DNA from: an uncultured Rhodospirillaceae bacterium
Lineage (GTDB): Bacteria > Pseudomonadota > Alphaproteobacteria > UBA8366
Direction: 5' to 3'
DNA: 64,000 bases
Assembly (NCBI GenBank): GCA_913043025.1
Contig: CAJWLM010000002.1
Location: 22,777 to 86,776, forward strand
The notes under the pieces were generated by a model, which saw nothing but the letters and a program-made list of their open reading frames with translations, was not told the origin of the DNA and made no database searches. Positions within the stretch are counted from its first letter, which is position 1, and the number at the start of each line of letters is the position of its first letter. Shown here piece after piece: positions 19,534 through 27,642 of this stretch. The translations under genes and the position numbers were made by a program.

Positions 19534-20528
19534 TTTACTTTCAACATAATTTTGCCGAGGTGAGTTGCGCTTTCCATAAGTGAATGAGCTTCAGCGGCTT
19601 TTTCTAGGGGCAAAATTTGCCTCACCATTGGTTTGATTGAGCCATCATTAATTTTTGGCCAAACTTTTTTGAGAAGCTGTTTGGCAATCTCCGCTTTGAA
19701 TGCTTCGGGCCTACTTCTCAGTGTAGAGCCCGTATATATTAGTCGCTTTAACATTATTGGCATGAGGTTAATTTCTATCTTTGAGCCAAGATTAAATGCC
19801 AATTGGACAATCGCCCCCTCATGTTTTGAAGCTTTAATATTTCGTTCAATATAGGGTCCACCGACGGTATCAAGGATTACATCTGCCCCGCCAGCTTCGC
19901 GAACTATCTCAACAAAATCTTGGTTCTTGTAGTCAATGACTTTGTCGGCCCCAAATTCCGCAGCAAAGGAACACCGGTCATCTGGGCTATCAGTCGTGTA
20001 TACTGTCGCGCCAAATGCTTTTCCAAGTTGGACTGCCGTGGCGCCAATTCCGCCCGATCCACCATGCACTAGGAATAGATCATTTGGTTTGAGGTCAACA
20101 AAGCCCATGAAAATATTGCTCCACACTGTGAAGAAGGTTTCAGGCAAGCTGGCAGCTTCAACAAGGTCTAATTGTTGTGGGACGGGTAAGAAGTGTGTTG
20201 CGTCAGCCGCTACGTATTGAGCATAACCACCACCATTTGTAAGGCCACATACTTGGTCGCCGATGACCCATTCCGTGACATTTTCTCCAGCGGCCACAAC
20301 TTCCCCGGCAACCTCTAGACCAAGTAAGTCGGTTGCACCTTTTGGTGGAGGGTAGTGGCCTCGGCGTTGAACAAGGTCAGGTCCGTTTACGCCTGCGGCT
20401 GCAACTTTAATCAGAATTTCATGTTTTTTGGGTTCCGGCACTTTGCGAGTGGAAGGCTTTAATACGTCGGGTTTCCCTGGTTCAGAAATTTCAATGGCAG
20501 TCATTGATGAAGGAATATCAGCAGTCAT
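19530..20528 (-). CDS. NAD(P)H-quinone oxidoreductase, PIG3 / zeta-crystallin family
   Basis: AAGVNGPD, YPPPKGA, GLEVAG, LPETFFTVW, VHGGSGGIG, GSTLRSR. Confidence 0.9.
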   Translation of the reverse strand: MTADIPSSMTAIEISEPGKPDVLKPSTRKVPEPKKHEILIKVAAAGVNGPDLVQRRGHYPPPKGATDLLGLEVAGEVVAAGENVTEWVIGDQVCGLTNGGGYAQYVAADATHFLPVPQQLDLVEAASLPETFFTVWSNIFMGFVDLKPNDLFLVHGGSGGIGATAVQLGKAFGATVYTTDSPDDRCSFAAEFGADKVIDYKNQDFVEIVREAGGADVILDTVGGPYIERNIKASKHEGAIVQLAFNLGSKIEINLMPIMLKRLIYTGSTLRSRPEAFKAEIAKQLLKKVWPKINDGSIKPMVRQILPLEKAAEAHSLMESATHLGKIMLKVN

Positions 20529-20619
20529 GGATTATACCTTTTAATTTATCTGTAATTGAATTTAGTTAAAGTTCGGTTGCAGCAGGCTTAACCAATTCTT
20601 CTCGTGAAAACTTGTCACT

Positions 20620-20946
20620 TCAATCATGCATTACCGGATTTCCGGATGCATACCAATCTTCTATGCCACCCTGAAGGCGGTAAATCGTACCGGAATATCC
20701 TGATTGTATTATTTTTTCGGCTGCTAAGCCGCATCGGATCCCGCTTGCGCAATGGAGAATAATTTTTTTTCCGTCATGATTTGGCAAAGCATCAGGAACG
20801 AAACATGAAAGAGGTAAAGCGTGCGATCTATCAATTCGTGCAATGGCACGTTCCTCCGGTTCTCGCACATCGACTAGTATTGCTTCGTCATCATCTAACC
20901 ATTGAAGGACAGTCTCTGAAGTAATAAATTGTTGCTGCATGTTCAA
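20620..20946 (-). CDS. Single-domain rhodanese-like sulfurtransferase
   Basis: LVDVREPEE, active-site loop HCASGIR, LQGGIEDW. Confidence 0.88.
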   Translation of the reverse strand: MNMQQQFITSETVLQWLDDDEAILVDVREPEERAIARIDRSHALPLSCFVPDALPNHDGKKIILHCASGIRCGLAAEKIIQSGYSGTIYRLQGGIEDWYASGNPVMHD

Positions 20947-21049
20947 TTCAACCCGTTTTTGGCATTTAATAGCACAAAGGCTTGGCTCGAGGACCGCTAA
21001 TGTGCTTACCTACGATCTATAACTCTTAGCACATTTGGGAGAGGCATAA

Positions 21050-21823
21050 ATGGGGGAATATTCTACTGTCGCACGTGAAGGTCATATTTTAACTGTCACA
21101 GTTAATCGTCCGGAACGTATGAACGCACTGCATTCCATGGCACATTTTGAAATGGCTGAGATATTTGATGAATTCGAAGCGGATGATGATCTTTGGATTG
21201 CCATCCTAACGGGTGCCGGAGAACGTGCATTTAGCGCGGGTAACGATTTAAAATTCCAAGCTGAAGGCGGCAGACGCGACAAACCCGATAGTGGATTCGG
21301 CGGTATGGTAAAGCGTTTCAATCGTAACAAGCCAATTATTGCGGCAGTAAATGGAGTTGCGATGGGTGGTGGCTTTGAGCTTGCACTCGCTTGCGACATA
21401 ATAATTGCCGCAGAAAACGCAAAATTTGCTCTTCCAGAACCGCGAGTTGGCTTGGCTGCGATGTCAGGCGGGCTACATCGTTTACCTCGTGCTATACCGA
21501 GGCACCAAGCTTTGGGAATGATTCTAACGGGTCGCCATGTGTCCGCCGATGAAGGATATCGTTTGGGTTTTGTAACTGAGGTAGTGGCAGTGGGTGAGGC
21601 GCTTAAATCGGCTGAGGCATGGGCGGCAGAAATTTTAAAATGTTCTCCAGTATCGATCAGAACATCGATGGAAGTTATGCGCCTAGGTTTAGAAAAAGCG
21701 TCTATTGCGGAAGCCCTTTCTATTGAGTACCAAGCTGAGGAGGTTCTGCGGAATAGTGAAGATTATATTGAAGGCCCTAAGGCATTTTCGGAAAAGCGCG
21801 CTCCCGATTGGAAAGGGCGGTAA
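21050..21823 (+). CDS. Enoyl-CoA hydratase/isomerase (crotonase), CaiD-like
   Basis: NRPERMNAL, AFSAGNDLK, AVNGVAMGGGFELALACD, LPEPRVGL, EGPKAFSEKR. Confidence 0.92.
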   Translation: MGEYSTVAREGHILTVTVNRPERMNALHSMAHFEMAEIFDEFEADDDLWIAILTGAGERAFSAGNDLKFQAEGGRRDKPDSGFGGMVKRFNRNKPIIAAVNGVAMGGGFELALACDIIIAAENAKFALPEPRVGLAAMSGGLHRLPRAIPRHQALGMILTGRHVSADEGYRLGFVTEVVAVGEALKSAEAWAAEILKCSPVSIRTSMEVMRLGLEKASIAEALSIEYQAEEVLRNSEDYIEGPKAFSEKRAPDWKGR

Positions 21824-21830
21824 AACGACT

Positions 21831-23000
21831 TTAAAAAAGCCCCATGCCCGCAACACCGGTTTCTAAATCCATTCTTTCTACAAGTTCCCGGCCAACGAAA
21901 TTGCGTAGCGTTTCAGTAGTTCCCCCACCAAGGGTTCCGTAACGTACTCCTCGATAATTGCGTGAAACGGCAAAGTCATCAAGAAAACCGTAACCGCCAT
22001 GCAATTGAACACCCTCACTGCAAACCCTTATCGACATTTCGTTTACATAGATTTTGGCCATTGCAGCTAGCGTTGGATTGGGGAAAGGCTCAGCGGTTGC
22101 TGCAGCTCTATACAAAATAGACCTGCCAGCCTCAATTTCAGTGAGCATGCTTGCTACCTTCCAGCGCATACCTTGAAAGTCACCAATTGAATTACCGAAG
22201 GCTTTTCGATCCCTCATGAAGCGAATGGATTCCTCAAGAGAGGCTTCCGCCATGCCCAAACAAATTGCCGGATTGAGGCACCTTTGGGTATTAAATGCTC
22301 CGAGTAACTTCCTTAACGATCCCTCACCTAAGCCTAAATTTTCTATGGGCACCTCTACATTTTCAAATCTTACGTCGGCCAAATTTTCGCCACCCATGGT
22401 ATGATAACAGGCATCAGCAGTCAGTCCTTTAGTGCCTTTTTCTACAAAAACACAACCGATTCCTTTCGTTCCGGGCGCGTTGTTGACCCGAGTAAAAATT
22501 ACAAAAAGGTCGGCTTCTTCTGCCCGACTGATCATAGTTTTTGCGCCATTTAAAACCACTCGATCATTCATTACAGATGCATTGGTTTTCATGCTACCTA
22601 GGTCTGTGCCACAATCAGGTTCTGTCATACAGATAGCTAGGATACATTTTCCTTTGAGCAACTTGGGCAAGTACTTTTCTCGAAGTTCGTCGGAACCATA
22701 ATGAGAAAGAATCCTGCATTGAGTGCCAACCTCTCCCAAGACAGCCATTGCAGTGACATAACAGCCTTTAGCAATTTCCTCGAGTACCAGCACTGTGTCG
22801 AGGACACTGGCTCCGATGCCGCCATATTCCTCCGGTACGGCCATGCCAAGGATCCCAATCTCTGCTAAAGCATCCATATTTTCATATGGGAATTCTCCAT
22901 CGAGCCACCTTTTAGCGTTGGGTTCGATTACATTTTTACGAACTCGCTTTACTGTGTCCAACATCATCCGTTGGTCTTCGGTAAGTTCAAATTGCAACAT
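21831..23000 (-). CDS. Acyl-CoA dehydrogenase-fold protein lacking the canonical catalytic Glu (desulfinase-like)
   Basis: ACAD motifs PEEYGG, AICMTEP, NGAKTMIS, HGGYG; FNTQR and TLGGGT at the two usual Glu positions. Confidence 0.8.
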   Translation of the reverse strand: MLQFELTEDQRMMLDTVKRVRKNVIEPNAKRWLDGEFPYENMDALAEIGILGMAVPEEYGGIGASVLDTVLVLEEIAKGCYVTAMAVLGEVGTQCRILSHYGSDELREKYLPKLLKGKCILAICMTEPDCGTDLGSMKTNASVMNDRVVLNGAKTMISRAEEADLFVIFTRVNNAPGTKGIGCVFVEKGTKGLTADACYHTMGGENLADVRFENVEVPIENLGLGEGSLRKLLGAFNTQRCLNPAICLGMAEASLEESIRFMRDRKAFGNSIGDFQGMRWKVASMLTEIEAGRSILYRAAATAEPFPNPTLAAMAKIYVNEMSIRVCSEGVQLHGGYGFLDDFAVSRNYRGVRYGTLGGGTTETLRNFVGRELVERMDLETGVAGMGLF

Positions 23001-23061
23001 GGTAAGCTCCCTGGAAAATAAGAGAATAATCTAATTAACTAAGCTTTTATCGGATTTTTTT

Positions 23062-24363
23062 TCATAGGCTACAAGTTCTGAATCCAGCCAGCACATCGCG
23101 CCGTTCTGGCGTATAAAAATTTCGGTAACGAGCTGTGATCATTCGACTGCGAGTGGCCCAAGCACCACCACGCAGTACTTTTGTCTCGTAAAATACTGGT
23201 TGGGAGTAGTCTTTGTAGGCATCTGGTGAGAAGCCATCGAAGGGTGTAAAAGTACTTGCGGTCCACTCCCAAACATTTCCTATCATTTGACGGCACCCAA
23301 ATGCGCTGTCGCTTTTTGGCAGCGCGCCGACGTCTATCGGGCTCAGAGCGTAGCCATCAAGATTAGCTAGGCTTGCATCGCACGGAGCATCTCCCCAGGG
23401 AAATTTTCGTTTTGATTTAGTAAGCACGTTACCATCTGGGCTGACCTCGCCAAGCGCAGCAGCTTCCCACTCTGCTTCTGAAGGTAAGCGACGTTTAGCC
23501 CACAAGCAATATGCATTCGCCTCATACCAGTTGACATGGATGATGGGCTGGTTCAGGTGTAGGTCTTTAATCGTGTCAAAGTGACGTACAATCCAGTCGC
23601 CTTCGCCGGAACGTTGCCAATAAATGGGACACTCTGCTTTCTCAGTTTGGCGCCAATTCCAACCTTCATTACTCCAAAATTCACGTGTAAGATATCCTCC
23701 ATCAATAACAAATTCCCTGTAATCTCTGTTTGTTACCGGTGTCTTGCATATGTTAAATGGCTCCAAAAGAACGGGATGCGCCCATTTTTCATTATCAAAA
23801 ACGAACCGTTCATTTTTTGTTGCGCCTAATTCGAAATATCCCCCTGGCACCAAACTATCACTGGGAACCATGTCGGCATTTAAAAATGCTTTTGATTTAC
23901 TAAAAATAGGCTTGGGGTATGCAAGATTTTGGCGGCTGTAGGTATAAGCTTCGGTGTGCATATCTTCGTGGAACGTAGCAAACTGATAAATATAGCTGTC
24001 AATTTCACTAGCGGTACCATGTCCCAAACGAGAAAGGCACCGGTCGAGAATACATTCTATGTACTCCATGATCTTATTCATCGGCAGAAGTGGCAAATCC
24101 CACCTTACTTCGTGAGGAATTTCAATTGAATCATAGATATTGTCAAATTCTGCGTTGTATGGGGTGTAACCGTAAAGGTCGCGAAGAATAAATTTTTCAT
24201 AAAACCAAGCCACGTGCCCGATTTCCCAACGAAGTGGATTAACAGTCCGAAGTTTAGGCCCCATAAGTTGACTTGCGTCCAAACCCGATATTAATTCGGT
24301 GGATCGCTTGTGAGCATCTTGAATGATAGTAGAGAGAAAAGAAACGGGAACTGGTTGTGTCAT
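23062..24363 (-). CDS. senA: Selenoneine synthase SenA (EgtB-like: DinB_2 + iron-binding + FGE-sulfatase domains)
   Basis: VNPLRWEIGHVAWF, HEDMHTEA, FDNEKWAH, RRLPSEAEWE, GNVWEW, YRNFY, GFRTC; adjacent to a SenB glycosyltransferase and selD. Confidence 0.85.
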   Translation of the reverse strand: MTQPVPVSFLSTIIQDAHKRSTELISGLDASQLMGPKLRTVNPLRWEIGHVAWFYEKFILRDLYGYTPYNAEFDNIYDSIEIPHEVRWDLPLLPMNKIMEYIECILDRCLSRLGHGTASEIDSYIYQFATFHEDMHTEAYTYSRQNLAYPKPIFSKSKAFLNADMVPSDSLVPGGYFELGATKNERFVFDNEKWAHPVLLEPFNICKTPVTNRDYREFVIDGGYLTREFWSNEGWNWRQTEKAECPIYWQRSGEGDWIVRHFDTIKDLHLNQPIIHVNWYEANAYCLWAKRRLPSEAEWEAAALGEVSPDGNVLTKSKRKFPWGDAPCDASLANLDGYALSPIDVGALPKSDSAFGCRQMIGNVWEWTASTFTPFDGFSPDAYKDYSQPVFYETKVLRGGAWATRSRMITARYRNFYTPERRDVLAGFRTCSL

Positions 24364-24390
24364 ACTGCAGGCTCTTATTAATATAAGTAT
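24364..24390. promoter_or_regulatory. Candidate bidirectional promoter between senA and senB
   Basis: 27-bp spacer with CTTAT-N4-ATAAG inverted repeat; overlapping TANNNT hexamers TAATAT (+, 24379-24384) and TATATT (-, 24385-24380). Confidence 0.4.
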
Positions 24391-25359
24391 ATGAATATTA
24401 CTCTTATCACACCGGCTGGTCATCTTGCCAAAAATGGTAATCGAACCACAGCGTTACGTTGGGCAAAAATATTAACTATGCTCGGCCACAAAGTACAAGT
24501 TAACACGTCATGGGATAGAAGACCCGCTGATTTGATGGTTGCAATCCATGCTTGGCGTAGTGCTAAGTCGGCTAGGTTGTTTCGGAAAGAGTTTCCTGAA
24601 AGCCCCCTGATCATTCTATTATCAGGCACCGACATTTACAAATTCCAATATACCCACCCAAAGGTAACTCTGTATTCAATGAAAATCGCTAATGCTTTAG
24701 CTTGTTTGCATGATGAGGTGTGTCATTCTATACCTTCTCAGTACCGGCATAAATTACATACTATCCACCAGTCAGCATTACCATTAGCCAAAGCCCGCCG
24801 GCCATCTAAGCGAAATTTTGACATTTGTGTTGTGGGAAATCTTCGTGAAGAGAAAGACCCACTCCGTGCTGCATATGCGGTGCGTAACCTGAACAACACT
24901 TCTCGTCTCCGGGTAATTCATCTTGGTAAAGCACACACGCCCGATTGGGCTACGAAAGCTAGGACTGAGATGGCGCGAAACAATCGCTACCGATGGCGTG
25001 GAGAGGTAAAGGCTTGGGAGGTCCGGCGCGAATTTGCAAAGACACGGTTAATGGTTTTAAGCTCAATAATGGAAGGAGGTGCAAATGTTATCTCCGAAGC
25101 AATTGCGGCGGGGGTGCCTGTAATAGCATCAAAAATTGAAGGATCGGTTGGGCTTCTCGGGTCAGATTATGCTGGCTATTATGAGGCTGGAAGTACTGAA
25201 GATTTGCGCCGCGCACTATTGCGCGTTGAAAATGAGCCAAAATTTCTTGCCCATTTGTCATACCAGTGTGAAGCTAGAAGGTATCTTTTCACCATTGAAA
25301 GGGAGAAAGAGGAATGGTCCTCCCTTTTGAGTGCTATAAGTCTAAAAAATAAATCTTGA
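24391..25359 (+). CDS. senB: Selenosugar synthase SenB (GT-B glycosyltransferase)
   Basis: NGNRTTALRW, HAWRS, LSGTDIY, NLREEKDP, SSIMEGGANV; located between senA and selD. Confidence 0.88.
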   Translation: MNITLITPAGHLAKNGNRTTALRWAKILTMLGHKVQVNTSWDRRPADLMVAIHAWRSAKSARLFRKEFPESPLIILLSGTDIYKFQYTHPKVTLYSMKIANALACLHDEVCHSIPSQYRHKLHTIHQSALPLAKARRPSKRNFDICVVGNLREEKDPLRAAYAVRNLNNTSRLRVIHLGKAHTPDWATKARTEMARNNRYRWRGEVKAWEVRREFAKTRLMVLSSIMEGGANVISEAIAAGVPVIASKIEGSVGLLGSDYAGYYEAGSTEDLRRALLRVENEPKFLAHLSYQCEARRYLFTIEREKEEWSSLLSAISLKNKS

Positions 25360-25375
25360 TGAGCTTCCACAACGG

Positions 25376-27640
25376 TTATGCTGTTAATGTGATGGGTTCC
25401 AAAGTCCCCGTATTCTCGGTCACTGTTCCAATCACTGATGTCTCACGATAACCGGCTATTTTTAACTCGTCGACACAGGCGCCAGCATTCTCTGCTGGCA
25501 AACTCGCTAATAGGCCTCCCGAAGTTTGAGGGTCGAAGATAATTGGATAAAGGGGTTCCTGAGCGGCCCTGTCCACATTCCTTATAGCGCGTCGGAGACG
25601 CACATTCTGAGGTTGAAGAGAGCTAAAGATTCCATCTTTGATTAAATCAATGGCTCCGTCCAATACGGGAATCTTACCTAACTCAAGAGTTACGTCTACC
25701 TGTGAGGGCTTTGCCATTTCGACTAAATGCCCCAGAAGGCCAAACCCAGTCACATCAGTGCAAGCATTTGTTTTATGCTTGAATAAAATATCAGCGCCTG
25801 CCTTGTTAGACTGAAGCATTGATGACAGAGCAGCATGCACCCAGTTACCGCGAGCTTTGTGTCGCATATCAGCAGCAAAAAGAGTTCCAGTCCCGACCGG
25901 CTTGGTAAGCACTATTTTGTCGCCAACTTTCATGCCGGCCTTTCGCAGAATGCGATCCTTGTCGATTAGCCCGTTAATAGCAAAGCCAAGCGACATTTCT
26001 GCGCCCTCGCTAGTGTGTCCACCAACTAGCGCGGTGCCGGTTTCCTGCAAAACCTTCATGGCTCCAGCCATCAGCTGTTTTAAATCATCTTCAACCTTAT
26101 CCTCAAGTCCAAAGGGCAGAGTGACTATCGAAAGTGCAGTCTGCGGTTCTCCACCCATAGCGAAAATATCTCCCATTGAGTGATTGGCAGCAATCTGGCC
26201 AAAGACATAAGGATCATCTATGAATGCACGGAACGCATCTACTGTATGTACCATTACTTTATTTCTCGGCACCTCTACCACGGCGGCATCATCTGGCTCG
26301 TGAAGGCCAACTAATACATCAGAGCGTTCCACGGGGTTTAGTTGTTGAAGTGCTCGTTCTAAAACCGTAGCTCCAACCTTGGCACCGCAGCCACCGCAGC
26401 GCATAGCTATAGCCGAAATTTCTTTTATTACATTTTGATCAGCTAATCCCTTTGACACATTTGGAGATTTTTCTTCGTCCATATCACGAAGTTCATTAAA
26501 CTTTTTTACAAACCGTCGATCAATCCAATTTTTCCAATGCCAAATTAACTTGCCTTCGGCAGCCCAATTTGATCGTGAGGCAACCGCATATTTATCTCCG
26601 GTGGTAATGAGGCTTAGAAATTGATGCTGAGGGTTATAAGGTTTTAGAGGTTTTCCGAGAAGTGCGCGCTTGAGATTTCTAGTAAGTGGGGGTCCTTGTC
26701 TTACTGCAAATACGCCTGATTTAGGACGAGGGTGATTTACCACATCGGCAATATCCCCAACTGCGAATATGCCGGGATGAGAAATTGACTCCAGTGTGTC
26801 ATGGACTTTTACAAAGCCTTTAGGAGAAACCGCTAAGCCACTCTCTTTCAACCAATTTTGGGCGCTCGCCATAGTGACCCAAAGAATCTCTTCCAGCTCA
26901 TGAGTAGTGCCGTTACTGCATGTGATGATATTCGGCTCGACTTCTACTATTTTATGATCTGCATGAAGGATGATCCCACGCTCGGTTAAAATACGTCGGT
27001 ATTTTTCTCTGACTTTACTATTATGAGTGGGCAAAATATCATTTGCAGTAAACAAGTGAAATTCTACATCGTGCATCTGGTCTTTCTGTGCACGCAGAAG
27101 CTGTTTCAATCGGAATTGAATTGCCAGTGCGATTTCTACACCTCCGGCGCCACCCCCGACTATGCCTACTCTGGTTTTGCTGCATGCTGCTAACACACGT
27201 TCGCGAATCTGATTCCAATGGTCAACAAACCCGTTGATTGGTTTGACTGGCATGACATTATTTTCAGCTCCCAAAACGGACGTAGTGTTGGGAGCTGAGC
27301 CGATATTGATTGAAAGAAGGTCGTACTTTACAGGCGGGCGGTCTTTACAAAAAATTTGGTTTGATTTGGGATCAACCATCGTTACTTCGTTGCAGAAGAA
27401 TCTCGCTTTTGCAAAGCGTGCTAAGGGAGCTAGGTCTATGTGAGACTCATCAAATGAGTAATGCCCCGCTATAAAGCCCGGGAGCATACTTGAGTATGGC
27501 GCCTGCAAGTCACGGCAAATCAAAGTTAGGCGAACGCCCGGAATGGGCTTCATCCCAAATTTTTTAAGGACCGTGATGTGACTGTGACCGCCACCAATTA
27601 GGACAAGATCTTTGAGTATTGGGGTTTCAGCACTTTCCAT
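25376..27640 (-). CDS. selD: Selenide, water dikinase SelD (SenC) fused to an N-terminal pyridine nucleotide-disulfide oxidoreductase domain
   Basis: N-terminal LVLIGGGHSH, IVGGGAGGVE, KSGVFAVRQG; C-terminal RCGGCGAK (Cys, not Sec), DDAAV, GGHT, TKPVGTG, TDVTGFGLLGHL, DPQTSGGLL. Confidence 0.93.
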   Translation of the reverse strand: MESAETPILKDLVLIGGGHSHITVLKKFGMKPIPGVRLTLICRDLQAPYSSMLPGFIAGHYSFDESHIDLAPLARFAKARFFCNEVTMVDPKSNQIFCKDRPPVKYDLLSINIGSAPNTTSVLGAENNVMPVKPINGFVDHWNQIRERVLAACSKTRVGIVGGGAGGVEIALAIQFRLKQLLRAQKDQMHDVEFHLFTANDILPTHNSKVREKYRRILTERGIILHADHKIVEVEPNIITCSNGTTHELEEILWVTMASAQNWLKESGLAVSPKGFVKVHDTLESISHPGIFAVGDIADVVNHPRPKSGVFAVRQGPPLTRNLKRALLGKPLKPYNPQHQFLSLITTGDKYAVASRSNWAAEGKLIWHWKNWIDRRFVKKFNELRDMDEEKSPNVSKGLADQNVIKEISAIAMRCGGCGAKVGATVLERALQQLNPVERSDVLVGLHEPDDAAVVEVPRNKVMVHTVDAFRAFIDDPYVFGQIAANHSMGDIFAMGGEPQTALSIVTLPFGLEDKVEDDLKQLMAGAMKVLQETGTALVGGHTSEGAEMSLGFAINGLIDKDRILRKAGMKVGDKIVLTKPVGTGTLFAADMRHKARGNWVHAALSSMLQSNKAGADILFKHKTNACTDVTGFGLLGHLVEMAKPSQVDVTLELGKIPVLDGAIDLIKDGIFSSLQPQNVRLRRAIRNVDRAAQEPLYPIIFDPQTSGGLLASLPAENAGACVDELKIAGYRETSVIGTVTENTGTLEPITLTA

Positions 27641-27642
27641 GA

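Noticed and set aside
23062-24423. Calling the gene ergothioneine synthase egtB and using the longer ORF start at 24423
   Set aside because: The NPLRWEIGH and HEDMH motifs and the senB/selD context favour SenA; the longer start would overlap senB head to head
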